64,000 bases of DNA, from the sequence record PQ799574.1; one strand, 5' to 3'. The notes below the pieces were generated by a model. It was not told the DNA's origin and searched no databases. It worked only from the letters and a program-made list of their open reading frames with translations. Source of the DNA: Escherichia phage vB_EcoM_Maryam. Within the stretch, counting starts at the first letter, position 1, and the number at the start of each line of letters is the position of its first letter. This document shows positions 10,182-20,014 of the stretch, piece by piece. A program made the translations under genes and the position numbers.

Positions 10182-10865
10182 TTATCGTTTTGTTGGAAGA
10201 GATAGAGGATCGCACTCTTCCTCTGATGGAGCGTCTTCAAGACCCATCGCATAGCGCAAAGCATACTTCATCATCAGGATGTCTTTCGCACAGTCATGAA
10301 TAGAATCATGCGCAACGAATCCATCTAAAGTTCCCTTTGGAAGAGGACATGTGGTCATATCACGAACAAGCAGAAGTGCTTCAATTCTGGTACGAATATC
10401 ACGCTGATTCCAGAATTTACATGGTTCTAACTTAAATGTGTCAAGCTCATTCTCAGATACACCATTAAGGCGTTGAATATCACGAATGAGATCGACTAAA
10501 ATTGGAAAATCAAACGACATTCCACGGCACCAGCCTTGAGATTTCCAAGGATCGATATTATGTGCATTGATGTAATCATTAAATTTCGCAATACCGTCGA
10601 TAGTGCTTACATCTTCATCGGACGGTGCAATATTTTTTCGAGCTTCAGGAGACTGATTTTTCCACCATTCGATAGTGCTTTTAGTAAAAAGACGGTGTCC
10701 TTTTTGGCTTTTTAAATCAAATTTGATTTTAATGCCGCGTGAAACTAATTCATCAAATGTTTCAACTACTTCTGGGTTAGGGTCAAAAGCAATTACAGCT
10801 AAATCAATAACAGCTGCTTTTTCACCACTTCCCATTGTTTCAAAATCTATAATAAAATCAAACAT
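10182..10865 (-). CDS. dexA: exonuclease A (DnaQ-like 3'-5' exonuclease), 227 aa
   Basis: Length identical to T4 DexA; DnaQ-like exo I motif DFETMG. Confidence 0.8.
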   Translation of the reverse strand: MFDFIIDFETMGSGEKAAVIDLAVIAFDPNPEVVETFDELVSRGIKIKFDLKSQKGHRLFTKSTIEWWKNQSPEARKNIAPSDEDVSTIDGIAKFNDYINAHNIDPWKSQGWCRGMSFDFPILVDLIRDIQRLNGVSENELDTFKLEPCKFWNQRDIRTRIEALLLVRDMTTCPLPKGTLDGFVAHDSIHDCAKDILMMKYALRYAMGLEDAPSEEECDPLSLPTKR

Positions 10866-11122
10866 TAAATTTTCCTTGCTAAATCGCGAATTTGACCTAC
10901 AGTATAATCTTGGATATAAACTTTATTAATAGGCTCATCAATAAATTTTGACATAGATTCAATATCTTTTTGTATCTCTTCAAGACTGTATACTATCTTT
11001 AAAGCTTTTTCGCGAATAGTAATATTTTCAGGACCCTGATTTTCTTCAATGACAGCTTTAACATTTGTCATAAGAGATTTAAATTGGTACCAACTTAATT
11101 CAATCATTAATAATCGCCTCAT
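10865..11122 (-). CDS. hypothetical protein (85 aa), one of three tandem similar ORFs
   Basis: Overlapping tandem ORFs with related sequence. Confidence 0.4.
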   Translation of the reverse strand: MRRLLMIELSWYQFKSLMTNVKAVIEENQGPENITIREKALKIVYSLEEIQKDIESMSKFIDEPINKVYIQDYTVGQIRDLARKI

Positions 11123-11360
11123 AAAGATAGCTAATTTCGCCTAAAACATAATCATTAATTGTAACAGTTTTCACTTCACCGCAAAAGAATTCTAACGCAA
11201 TTAAATCTCGTTCAATTTCTTCTAATTGAAGCATCAACTTATTAGATTCAATTTTTACAGTTTCACGATTTTTACCATGAGCAATTTCATAAATTTCGCT
11301 AATTTTATCCTGAAGAAGATAAAACTGATCTTTAGTTATTTCCACGAATAGCTTCCTCAA
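11100..11360 (-). CDS. hypothetical protein (86 aa), tandem paralogue
   Basis: Similar length and motifs to 10865-11122. Confidence 0.4.
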   Translation of the reverse strand: MRKLFVEITKDQFYLLQDKISEIYEIAHGKNRETVKIESNKLMLQLEEIERDLIALEFFCGEVKTVTINDYVLGEISYLYEAIIND

Positions 11361-11592
11361 ATTTAATTAGTAATTTACAGACACTTTCATCTAGTGTAAT
11401 TACCGTATCTGTATTACTGTGATATGATTGTTTTTCAATTCGTTTAATTGCTAATATAGTATCACTTATAAGATAAAGCTTATGAAGGAGCTCAGCTCCT
11501 GTTACCATAACATTAAGATTATCTTGCTTATTAGTATGCTTCCTTATACCATCTATTAGACGATTTAAATATTTTGAATTGATGTTAATCAT
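11332..11592 (-). CDS. hypothetical protein (86 aa)
   Basis: Tandem overlapping ORF. Confidence 0.4.
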   Translation of the reverse strand: MININSKYLNRLIDGIRKHTNKQDNLNVMVTGAELLHKLYLISDTILAIKRIEKQSYHSNTDTVITLDESVCKLLIKFEEAIRGNN

Positions 11593-11598
11593 ATATCC

Positions 11599-12918
11599 TC
11601 ACACATAAAATACGTCATAACGACCACGGGTAACACCAACATAAAGAAGTTGTTGAGCCAATTCAGCATCTGCATAATGAATACAAGGCGTATAAATGAA
11701 AGCACGGTCTACAGACATACCCTGAGCTTTATGGAATGTTGATGCAGGAAGTGCTTTCACTTTACTGAACTGCGATTTAGCATCCCAAAAATCACTCCAT
11801 GGAGCTTTTCCGCCTTTGTTCCAATTTTTATAAGTTTCTGCCGTTTTACCTAAAAATAGGTTAAACTTATACAATTCTTCATCAGATGAAATTATTTTAA
11901 TCTTTTCACGATAATATTCATCATCGCCATAAGTTTCTACTGTTAAATCCCAATGACGAATTAAGTATTCCCCAGAAACACCACGAGCTTTAACAAACGT
12001 TGATGTATACTCTGCTTCTATAATACGAACTAATTGTCCGTTATTAAAAATAATTTCTGACACAGGCTTTCCATCAATTTTATATGTTTTAATTAATGGT
12101 TCCTGCATTACAATAATTTCACCGACAATAAAATCTTTATCAGTTTCAAAAATCTTTTTACGAATGATGTTATTTAACTTGTCAACAGATTTATTCGTAA
12201 ATGCCATTACGCGATTTTCAAACAAATCATCTAGTGATTTTACGATTGAAAAATAATTTACCATAAAATCGCGTAAAGCGGTATCACCAGTAAATCCACG
12301 TACTCCATGCCCGTCAACAACTTTATCATAAATCCACTTACCGTTGCGAACATCAGTAGCTACATCAATAATAGGAGCATTACTGCGTTTAACTTCAGTG
12401 AGTTCACACTGATAAAAATCTTTGTGTGTAAAGAATGGACTGATATAAGCAGTATTTTCTCCTGGGTCAACAGGTCTAATTTGCTTATTATCGCCTATTC
12501 CAATTATAGTACACCACGGCGGAATAGTTGAAAGCAGAATTTTAAACAGCTTTCTATCATACATTGACACTTCGTCACAGATTAATACTCTGCATTTAGC
12601 TAAATCTGGTACTTCCTTCTGCTCAAAGAGGACATTTTCTTCATATGTTACCGGGTTAATTTTAAGAATGCTGTGAATAGTACTCGCTTCTTTCCCTGAT
12701 AGTTTTGAAAGAATCTTTTTAGCTGCATGAGTAGGAGCTGCTAAAATAATACCAGTTTCACCCGTAGATATTAGGGCTTCAATGATGAATTTTGTAAGAG
12801 TAGTCTTACCAGTACCAGCAGGTCCATTAATAGTTACATGATGTTTCTTTTCTTTAATAGCCTTCATAACAATGTTAAAGGCATTTTTCTGGCCTTCTGT
12901 CAAATCATCAAATGTCAT
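11599..12918 (-). CDS. dda: Dda DNA helicase (SF1B), 439 aa
   Basis: Walker A GPAGTGKT; length identical to T4 Dda. Confidence 0.9.
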   Translation of the reverse strand: MTFDDLTEGQKNAFNIVMKAIKEKKHHVTINGPAGTGKTTLTKFIIEALISTGETGIILAAPTHAAKKILSKLSGKEASTIHSILKINPVTYEENVLFEQKEVPDLAKCRVLICDEVSMYDRKLFKILLSTIPPWCTIIGIGDNKQIRPVDPGENTAYISPFFTHKDFYQCELTEVKRSNAPIIDVATDVRNGKWIYDKVVDGHGVRGFTGDTALRDFMVNYFSIVKSLDDLFENRVMAFTNKSVDKLNNIIRKKIFETDKDFIVGEIIVMQEPLIKTYKIDGKPVSEIIFNNGQLVRIIEAEYTSTFVKARGVSGEYLIRHWDLTVETYGDDEYYREKIKIISSDEELYKFNLFLGKTAETYKNWNKGGKAPWSDFWDAKSQFSKVKALPASTFHKAQGMSVDRAFIYTPCIHYADAELAQQLLYVGVTRGRYDVFYV

Positions 12919-13226
12919 CGGAAAGTCCCTGCAATTGGAATACTAACAATACGCCCAGTATCTAGAATTCGTTGATATAATCTTTGTGTATCTACATCAG
13001 GCTTAACATGTTTAACTTCTATTTTATTAAACCAAAATTTACGTGGGGTCTCAACTAATCTTGGAATTCCCTTACCTAAAGCTAGTTTATATTGGTCTTT
13101 GAGAGTAGTAAAAACTCTATCAGCAATCTCTCTTTCAAAAAACACAGCAGGACGATGTTCATCAAGTGGAACTGGCGCCGTAAATCCGTCTTTGTCTCGG
13201 TAAACTATCGCATATACATAAACCAT
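12915..13226 (-). CDS. Dda.1-like protein (103 aa)
   Basis: Position downstream of dda; 4-nt overlap. Confidence 0.5.
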   Translation of the reverse strand: MVYVYAIVYRDKDGFTAPVPLDEHRPAVFFEREIADRVFTTLKDQYKLALGKGIPRLVETPRKFWFNKIEVKHVKPDVDTQRLYQRILDTGRIVSIPIAGTFR

Positions 13227-13227
13227 A

Positions 13228-13983
13228 TTATCCTCGGATAAGTTTAAAAATTGAACAATTTAGCGGGTATCCTCTTTTCAGTTTAAGTTTATCAATAAAA
13301 GACAAGTTTTGATACCGCTCTACACCTTGAATAATTTTATCACACATATCATATTGCATTTCTGCTTCTGACAACTTTTTCACAATTTTCCAATCCGAGC
13401 CTTTAAGAAGAACGTTCAGTTTAACAACTTCAGCGCCTTCTGCTATGCGAGAACCATCAATACGAGCTTTAAGTGCTATAATCTTTAGCTTAATGTCAGA
13501 GGTCTGTTTTGATTTAGAAAGCTGAGAAATGTGTTCAATTCGATTTTCACGTTTTTTCTGTATAGCTTTAATTTGATTATAAGTCTTTTTGATTTTAGCC
13601 CATTTCTTTTCATCTAAATTTAGTTTATGAACTTTTTTCGCAGATGAACGACCAATTCGCAAAGCAAATAAATCCCGTTTTTCAATCAACTCTTCTAAAG
13701 TATAATCAGAACGAAATGTATTATACTTTTTCTTTACTGCAATAACATTCCCTTTAATGTATCCAATGTTATTATCAAAACGTTCTAATGATAATTTCTC
13801 TCCTTCAATACGATTATCAAAAGGTTCTCCCGAGTAAGCACAAACTTTTTGATCTAAAATGTTCTTAATGTAATTGAAGTCTAAGTTAAAATCTTTAGAA
13901 CGTCTTTTTGCAGATGCCTGAGTATGCTCTAAACGACGTTTAATTTTACGAATTTGATTATTAGACATATTATGCAGTTTCAT
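13228..13983 (-). CDS. srd: Srd-like protein (251 aa)
   Basis: Size and position between dda.1 and modA; basic N-terminus. Confidence 0.5.
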   Translation of the reverse strand: MKLHNMSNNQIRKIKRRLEHTQASAKRRSKDFNLDFNYIKNILDQKVCAYSGEPFDNRIEGEKLSLERFDNNIGYIKGNVIAVKKKYNTFRSDYTLEELIEKRDLFALRIGRSSAKKVHKLNLDEKKWAKIKKTYNQIKAIQKKRENRIEHISQLSKSKQTSDIKLKIIALKARIDGSRIAEGAEVVKLNVLLKGSDWKIVKKLSEAEMQYDMCDKIIQGVERYQNLSFIDKLKLKRGYPLNCSIFKLIRG

Positions 13984-14018
13984 ATTTTTCTCACATCTTA
14001 CGGACGATTGACTACTAT

Positions 14019-14048
14019 ACTATAACATTTTTACCTTGGCTTGTAAAC
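14019..14048 (-). promoter_or_regulatory. early promoter upstream of srd (GTTTACA-N17-TATAGT)
   Basis: Consensus hexamers 36 nt upstream of the srd ATG. Confidence 0.45.
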
Positions 14049-14060
14049 AATTTTATGAAA

Positions 14061-14087
14061 AATGCTTTAAAAATTTCATGGTATAAT
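14061..14087 (+). promoter_or_regulatory. MotA-box middle-promoter-like element on the strand opposite the genes
   Basis: aaTGCTTtA, 12-nt spacer, TATAAT. Confidence 0.35.
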
Positions 14088-14104
14088 GAATCTAAGTCCT
14101 TCCA

Positions 14105-14707
14105 TTATAGATTAAATCCTTCAAAATCAAGAGTATAGATAGTGTATGTTGAGTACTTTTTGTACTCATATCTATCTGCAATTCTAAATACACTTCCAGC
14201 TGGTATCATTACTTCTTGTTCATCTGAAACTAATTCCATATTACGATAACGATGACTATCCGGAAACTTAAAGTTTGGATTGTATTCTTTACAGCGTAGA
14301 GCTTTTATAGCATACTCCTGGAAATTGAATACCATAGGAGCTTTGAATTCAAAAATAACTTGTGTGTTATACTCTAAACCAGAAGCAAAATGTAGAGCTA
14401 TATTTTTATCATATGAAGCTGATACGACTTTATCAAATGTAATAATATCAATTCCTTGATTTAATACTTGTTTAGTCTCAGCTGGAACACCTCTCCAAAG
14501 AGGTTTATCGTTTGGAACCAAACGAGATTTGATTATTTCATTTAACCAAGAATGATCGTCTGGTTTATTAGTAATACAATGAATTAAAAGTTCAATTTCA
14601 GATAAATTAAACCCTTCAGAAAGTAATTCTTCACGAATAGAAGCACGCACCGATGCATCCATTGATTTTATTTTAAAATCTTTTAGTTGCATTACCGAGT
14701 ATTTCAT
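14105..14707 (-). CDS. modA: ADP-ribosyltransferase ModA (200 aa)
   Basis: R-S-E type ART motifs (LWRG); T4 length and position. Confidence 0.7.
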   Translation of the reverse strand: MKYSVMQLKDFKIKSMDASVRASIREELLSEGFNLSEIELLIHCITNKPDDHSWLNEIIKSRLVPNDKPLWRGVPAETKQVLNQGIDIITFDKVVSASYDKNIALHFASGLEYNTQVIFEFKAPMVFNFQEYAIKALRCKEYNPNFKFPDSHRYRNMELVSDEQEVMIPAGSVFRIADRYEYKKYSTYTIYTLDFEGFNL

Positions 14708-15327
14708 TCAACTACCTCAATATCATAAACTTTAAATGTTCCAAATGAATCGTGTAATTTTTCTTTTGAAATAGAAGTTATTCTATACTTTCCAATTGGA
14801 ATCATCCATTCCTGTTCACGCACAATCATCATTAAGTTATCAGTACGCTCTGAATCTAATCCATCAGTATCTTCATACGTGTACTTAAACTCAGTATTAG
14901 GAGAAGAAAGTATAATATCGCTGATATGGTCAGAATAATTAAAAGCTTTATTAGTTTTTAAGCGAAGTATTATTTTAGTAAAATATTCAGCGTAAGAAAA
15001 AGAACATGCTGTGAGCAAACTAGTAGTAAATGAATCTACTCTATTCGTTGAAAACACTTCTCCAACTTGTAAATCTTTAATAAGTTCTTCTGTTGATTTT
15101 GATATACCACGATATAACTGATAAGGTGATTTAGTTAAATGCTTTTTAATGATTTTATTCAACTGCCGATGAAGAGCTTCATTCTTTTTGGCTTCCATAC
15201 ATTGCCAAAGAACTGACTGCTCAAAGTCAGTAAATTTTTCACAGACCTTTTTATACATATCATATTGAAAATCGACGCTTTCAGCTTTTATAGATAACTG
15301 TTCAACATCTGCAAGATTAATAATCAT
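14704..15327 (-). CDS. modB: ADP-ribosyltransferase ModB (207 aa)
   Basis: ART motif (YRG); T4 length and position. Confidence 0.7.
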   Translation of the reverse strand: MIINLADVEQLSIKAESVDFQYDMYKKVCEKFTDFEQSVLWQCMEAKKNEALHRQLNKIIKKHLTKSPYQLYRGISKSTEELIKDLQVGEVFSTNRVDSFTTSLLTACSFSYAEYFTKIILRLKTNKAFNYSDHISDIILSSPNTEFKYTYEDTDGLDSERTDNLMMIVREQEWMIPIGKYRITSISKEKLHDSFGTFKVYDIEVVE

Positions 15328-15394
15328 GATAGCCTCCGTATACTTCAGAAGCTATCATATCATCGTTAGAAAGGAAAGTAAACAACTTTTTGAA

Positions 15395-15577
15395 TTATTT
15401 TGCCCAGGGAGCCCAGGGCGGAGGGTCAAGATGGTATGAAGCTAGTTCTTCTAGAAGAGCATCTGGGGCTTCAATTCCATAATTCTGTAATACTATACGG
15501 TACTCTTTCTTATAATCACTAGAATCATTCTGGATATTCGTAGAATGATTATCTTCTAACATCTCAAATAAATCCAT
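15395..15577 (-). CDS. hypothetical protein (60 aa)
   Basis: ORF only. Confidence 0.35.
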   Translation of the reverse strand: MDLFEMLEDNHSTNIQNDSSDYKKEYRIVLQNYGIEAPDALLEELASYHLDPPPWAPWAK

Positions 15578-15585
15578 ATTAATTC

Positions 15586-16056
15586 CTAGCGATAAAAACC
15601 AAAATGACGATTAGCTTCAGCAATCTTTCTTTCTTCTTCGGACATTCTCCATCGTAGTCCAACATCAAAATGAGCCCAGACCATCCTAACAAATGCATTT
15701 ATATCTTTAATATCTTCAATAATGAATGTTTTACTTTTAGAAGGTTGACTCGCTAATTTAACTTTATCGTCTTCAAACATGTCAAAAAGACCATATTCAT
15801 GAGCTCTTTTATAGCCTTTAATAGTTAAAGCTTCAGAAGAAGAAAATGGTGAATCTGTATTCTGCAAAATATCTTCAGTATGCTTTATAATTAGAATAAT
15901 ATTTTCTGGATATTTTCTTTCTTTTATATCTTTAATTAAAATATCCGGATTTTCTGCTAAAGGAATAATTAATGAGCATTTTTTATCAAGTGTATTTACT
16001 GATTTACCTTCTTTAGACATAAATTCTATTGAATAATGTTTTGCTACTTCAATCAT
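15586..16056 (-). CDS. hypothetical protein (156 aa)
   Basis: ORF in the mod/mrh region. Confidence 0.45.
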   Translation of the reverse strand: MIEVAKHYSIEFMSKEGKSVNTLDKKCSLIIPLAENPDILIKDIKERKYPENIILIIKHTEDILQNTDSPFSSSEALTIKGYKRAHEYGLFDMFEDDKVKLASQPSKSKTFIIEDIKDINAFVRMVWAHFDVGLRWRMSEEERKIAEANRHFGFYR

Positions 16057-16209
16057 GGGATTTCCTTTTGCCTACTAATGGACCATCGGGAATTTTGTTT
16101 TCCTGGATATATTTCTCATTTTCTTCCATCATTTTACTGCCAATTTTAAGAAGCAAATCCAGTGCTTCATTTGCTTTAGCTTTAGCCTCTTCCAGCGTCA
16201 TATCTTTGT

Positions 16210-16413
16210 TCACGATTTATCCCCATAGATGTCTCTCATCAATTTAAGCGCTGAGCGTTCTAATTTCTTTTCTTTCTCAGCACTAATCATTGATTTCATC
16301 CATTCTTCCGATTCGTTCTGCATTTCTTTATTTGCTTGTTCAACCCAACCATCATCAATGTACATTGAGTTTGGTCTATTGAACCATTCAAGAATCTTCT
16401 TGAGAGCTTTCAT
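16210..16413 (-). CDS. hypothetical protein (67 aa)
   Basis: ORF only. Confidence 0.35.
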   Translation of the reverse strand: MKALKKILEWFNRPNSMYIDDGWVEQANKEMQNESEEWMKSMISAEKEKKLERSALKLMRDIYGDKS

Positions 16414-16885
16414 TTATTTTACCTAAAACAATAGTAGGAGCATTGTCAAATTTATGAATTTTTAGCAAATTTGGATTTAAATTATTCCATAAAGAGGTAA
16501 TAAAATATGATAGCGCACTTTCGTCCGTAATTATAAATTTATTTCCTTTATCTATTTTCCAATCATATATTGAATCATATGAATAGAAGGATAACGGTTT
16601 ATTATTATAATATGCTTCAGCAACATCAATATAGTTAGATTTAGTAAATGCTTGAATTGCCATAAATGGAGAATTTTGTACAGTTTCAATAATTCCGATC
16701 TTTTTAAGTTTTATTTCAACATCTTCTGGAATTGGCATTGAAATAAAATCTTCTACTAGATACATGTTATTGTCATATCTTTTATCAATCATTACTGCTA
16801 CTGTAATTGGAACATCCTTGACAAACGCCATACTAATGCTATTGATAGACATTTCAAACAAAATTGCTTCCATAATTTTCCTCAA
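16388..16885 (-). CDS. hypothetical protein (165 aa)
   Basis: ORF only. Confidence 0.45.
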   Translation of the reverse strand: MRKIMEAILFEMSINSISMAFVKDVPITVAVMIDKRYDNNMYLVEDFISMPIPEDVEIKLKKIGIIETVQNSPFMAIQAFTKSNYIDVAEAYYNNKPLSFYSYDSIYDWKIDKGNKFIITDESALSYFITSLWNNLNPNLLKIHKFDNAPTIVLGKINESSQEDS

Positions 16886-17223
16886 TCACAAGATGTAGAT
16901 GAACAACTAGAATCACAAGAACTTCCACATGAATCGCCCGTCCATACATAAACAGGAACATTTGTATCATATGAATCAGAACTAGACTGTGTTTTCTGTG
17001 CATTAGATGATGTAGTAGGTGTTGACCAGCGCCAAGGATTTTTATAATATTCTTGGGCTTCTTCATAAGTCATAGTAACTGCTTCTACTGTTCCATCTCC
17101 CATATAAACATACTCAACTACAGTTAAAGGAAGGTAGTCATTTGAAATAGGAACTACACCTTCTCCAGGAGTCGTAGAGAAAAAATCCGTAAAGAAACTT
17201 TTAAACCAATTAAAGATAAACAT
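16882..17223 (-). CDS. hypothetical protein (113 aa) with Cys/Ser-rich C-terminal tail
   Basis: C-terminus [18 protein letters not shown]. Confidence 0.45.
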   Translation of the reverse strand: MFIFNWFKSFFTDFFSTTPGEGVVPISNDYLPLTVVEYVYMGDGTVEAVTMTYEEAQEYYKNPWRWSTPTTSSNAQKTQSSSDSYDTNVPVYVWTGDSCGSSCDSSCSSTSCD

Positions 17224-17429
17224 TACAAAAAGCCTCTTTTGAATTCAACTTGTTTATCGCCATAATCATATCGAATTTCTGCATTAAATTCAACAGAACC
17301 ATCTGCGTACATCATAAATGAATGAACAACAACTTCTGTAGACCATGGTTGCAGTTCATATTTCTTCATTACATGCCGTGAAATGATAATATCTAAATCT
17401 TCATTTGGTTTAATCCAACGATTTAACAT
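17223..17429 (-). CDS. hypothetical protein (68 aa)
   Basis: RBS; consensus early promoter at 17456-17485. Confidence 0.45.
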   Translation of the reverse strand: MLNRWIKPNEDLDIIISRHVMKKYELQPWSTEVVVHSFMMYADGSVEFNAEIRYDYGDKQVEFKRGFL

Positions 17430-17455
17430 AATGCTCTCCTCTATAAGATAATTCT

Positions 17456-17485
17456 ATTATACCATACTCATTTTGGAAAGTAAAC
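17456..17485 (-). promoter_or_regulatory. early promoter (GTTTACT-N17-TATAAT)
   Basis: Perfect -10 and 17-nt spacing. Confidence 0.5.
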
Positions 17486-17490
17486 CGGTA

Positions 17491-17520
17491 AAATGAAAAA
17501 AGGACTCCCGAAGGAGTCCT
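17491..17520 (-). terminator. intrinsic terminator after soc
   Basis: 8-bp stem AGGACUCC with UUCG loop, then UUUUUUCAUUU. Confidence 0.7.
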
Positions 17521-17525
17521 TGAAA

Positions 17526-17771
17526 TTATTCACCAGTTACTTTCCACAAATCTTCGTTTGCAGTAATCCATTCAGTACGTTGATTTTCTTCATATACTGT
17601 AGAATATGCTGCTTTTTCTGAAGGGAATATCTGATAATGAGCTCCAGAAATTTTGTGAACGTCAGAATAAAGAGGGAAAGCTACAGAAATTTCCTTTCCT
17701 TCAATTTTCTTATTTCCATCTAATTTCTGCTCAAACGTTTTGATATTAACATAACCGCGAGTACTAGCCAT
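17526..17771 (-). CDS. soc: small outer capsid protein Soc
   Basis: 81-aa ORF of T4 Soc size; late promoter TATAAATA upstream; terminator downstream. Confidence 0.85.
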   Translation of the reverse strand: MASTRGYVNIKTFEQKLDGNKKIEGKEISVAFPLYSDVHKISGAHYQIFPSEKAAYSTVYEENQRTEWITANEDLWKVTGE

Positions 17772-17801
17772 GTAATTCTCCTTTTATTTAAATTACATGA
17801 T

Positions 17802-17809
17802 TATTTATA
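17802..17809 (-). promoter_or_regulatory. late promoter TATAAATA for soc
   Basis: Forward tatttata about 30 nt upstream of the soc ATG. Confidence 0.5.
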
Positions 17810-17993
17810 ATAAATTCTCACGGAACGTTAAAATACCCAATTTTAGTTAATATAACAATATCGCCGTTAATAATTACCGGAGAATAATCGGCTGGAGCAT
17901 TAAATTTTCAATGGGCTCTAATATTATATCCATCAGAACCAAATGCTCGACTAGCCGGTCTCCCGGCTTTTTGCCATGCATAAAAATCAAATT

Positions 17994-18200
17994 TCATTTT
18001 GAATGCTCTATAATTAATTTTAAGGCTTCTTCACGCACCAACTTGCCTAATGGTATATGACCAGTTTTAATTGTGTAAGCTTTGTGGAGCTGATTAGATA
18101 AGAGCTCGTATGTGAGCTCTTTGTCATAATTTTTAAATAGCTGGTCAATACGTTTCTTGCGGGCTTTCTTAAGCTGGCGTTTATTTAAACGAGCCATCAA
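17994..18200 (-). CDS. hypothetical basic protein (68 aa)
   Basis: ORF between 56 and soc. Confidence 0.4.
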   Translation of the reverse strand: MMARLNKRQLKKARKKRIDQLFKNYDKELTYELLSNQLHKAYTIKTGHIPLGKLVREEALKLIIEHSK

Positions 18201-18715
18201 TAACCTCGGTCTTGACGAGCGAAGTTTTCAGCATTTTTCAGATAATAAAGTTTAAAGATTTCTTCAGCTGACATTCCAAGAGCAATGAATTTATTCATGA
18301 AAAAGTGAAATTGGTCAATCAGTTCAAATTTAATTTCAAGCTGATCTTCAGGAGATAAGTCTTGAATTTTCTTGGATTGCATTTCAGAATAACGTTTCTT
18401 CCAAGGTTTCCATACGGCAGAAGCTTCTTTTTCACCATTACTCATACCACCAAGAGAAGTATATAGCTCGCGAGTTTCATCTGCGATATAATCGTCTTGG
18501 TTTCGCAGCCAAGTAAGAACTTCTCCTGCAGTTTCAAGTGAATCGGGATGACGATTTGTTTCTGGTTTATCATTAGCCAAACGAATCTGTAAATGCCGCT
18601 GCATATCAAGCATAACCTGCAGTGGGTCAATATTGTGCATAATATTCTCAGCATATGCACGATTTGCTTTATCAACACCTTCGATCAAATGAGCGCATTC
18701 ATTAAAGTGAGCCAT
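18197..18715 (-). CDS. 56: dCTPase / dUTPase (gp56), 172 aa
   Basis: Start taken at internal ATG (MAHFNE) with RBS; length then matches T4 gp56. Confidence 0.8.
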   Translation of the reverse strand: MAHFNECAHLIEGVDKANRAYAENIMHNIDPLQVMLDMQRHLQIRLANDKPETNRHPDSLETAGEVLTWLRNQDDYIADETRELYTSLGGMSNGEKEASAVWKPWKKRYSEMQSKKIQDLSPEDQLEIKFELIDQFHFFMNKFIALGMSAEEIFKLYYLKNAENFARQDRGY

Positions 18716-18786
18716 TATTTTTCCTTTCAATTCATGAGTTAGTAGATTAATTATACAATAAATATATAAAGCAATAAGGAGGACAT

Positions 18787-18987
18787 ATGGTACAAAAATT
18801 AATGGCACTTGTTAATGCCATCAAAGGTAATAAAAAGCGTATAGCTTTTACTATTTCTGCTATGGTAGGAATTTTACTCTGGAACTTTATTCTATCACCT
18901 GTTGCAATTGCACATGGTATTAATATTCCAGTAGTTACTCTTGATACATTCGTAGATTTAGCATTTGCTTTAGTTGGGTTAATTTAA
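18787..18987 (+). CDS. small hydrophobic protein (66 aa) on the opposite strand to its neighbours
   Basis: Strong RBS AAGGAGG then ATG; hydrophobic segments. Confidence 0.5.
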   Translation: MVQKLMALVNAIKGNKKRIAFTISAMVGILLWNFILSPVAIAHGINIPVVTLDTFVDLAFALVGLI

Positions 18988-20012
18988 ATCTTAGCATATT
19001 TAGATAACCGCATTTTAGCCATCAACCCCTGGGCAATATTATTTTTCATATATTCCATAATTTGTTCAGGGGTTGCACCTTCCTTTCTAATCATATCATT
19101 AACATCTTTTGATTTCCAGGGAGATTTATCCCAAAACATAACCCTTTCTCCTGCATCAACTAATTTAGTCATTCGCTTAATAGTGTCAGGATGACGAGGT
19201 TCATTATCTAAAACCCACACTCGTCTATCTTTAAATGGAACAACTTCTAGGTCTAATTGACCACCCGTAATAGCTATACCATTTTCAATAAAAAGTGAAT
19301 CTATAGGTCCTTCTAGAACATATACATCACCATCTTTAACTCGTTCGACTCCATATATTTTTGTTGCCTCAGGATAAGCTTTAATGGTGATATATTTTTG
19401 AGGAGCATCTTTCTTTAATGCACGTCCTTGAAAAGACTCAGCTTTTCCATTAGCATTATAAATTGGAATAACAAGACGAGGCTCAGAAATTTCCTTTTTG
19501 TATGTTCCCGGTGCTATGCTATTAACTAATTTAGGCCATTCGGTTGTAAACCAAAGATATTTCCATTTATCCTTTGGAATACAACGAGCTTTTACATATT
19601 TTATAATTGGATGGTCTTCCGCCAGTTTATCTAATCTAACACATGACGGAAGAGATTTAATTATTTTCTTCTCAGGTTGCTTAGGAAGTTCTTTAGGTTT
19701 TTCTACTGGACGACTTTTACCTTTTTCTTTTCTTATTTCAAAGATATACTCACGATATAAATCAGGTTCAAACTCCTTTAAATATATTCCGATTGGTGCA
19801 TGATAATTACAGTTATAACAATGAATATTTCCTTCATTATTATCACCATAATACCATCCACGAGCTTTATTCTGGTCGGTTTTTGAATCTCCACAAACAG
19901 GACATCTAAACCGCAATTTAAAAGTTGAACTATTATTTACTTGTGTGAATTTAGGTAAATGAGCCAATGCACGATACGCAAACTCATTATCAATCCAAGG
20001 TATTGATGACAT
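18984..20012 (-). CDS. 61: DNA primase (gp61), 342 aa
   Basis: Zinc-ribbon CPVCG...CYNC; length identical to T4 gp61. Confidence 0.9.
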   Translation of the reverse strand: MSSIPWIDNEFAYRALAHLPKFTQVNNSSTFKLRFRCPVCGDSKTDQNKARGWYYGDNNEGNIHCYNCNYHAPIGIYLKEFEPDLYREYIFEIRKEKGKSRPVEKPKELPKQPEKKIIKSLPSCVRLDKLAEDHPIIKYVKARCIPKDKWKYLWFTTEWPKLVNSIAPGTYKKEISEPRLVIPIYNANGKAESFQGRALKKDAPQKYITIKAYPEATKIYGVERVKDGDVYVLEGPIDSLFIENGIAITGGQLDLEVVPFKDRRVWVLDNEPRHPDTIKRMTKLVDAGERVMFWDKSPWKSKDVNDMIRKEGATPEQIMEYMKNNIAQGLMAKMRLSKYAKI

Positions 20013-20014
20013 TT

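Noticed and set aside
16854-17066. His-rich 70-aa ORF overlapping the 113-aa Cys/Ser-tail gene
   Set aside because: It is in an alternative frame of the same DNA with no RBS. Only one frame is likely real, and I kept the longer one with the conserved overlap pattern.
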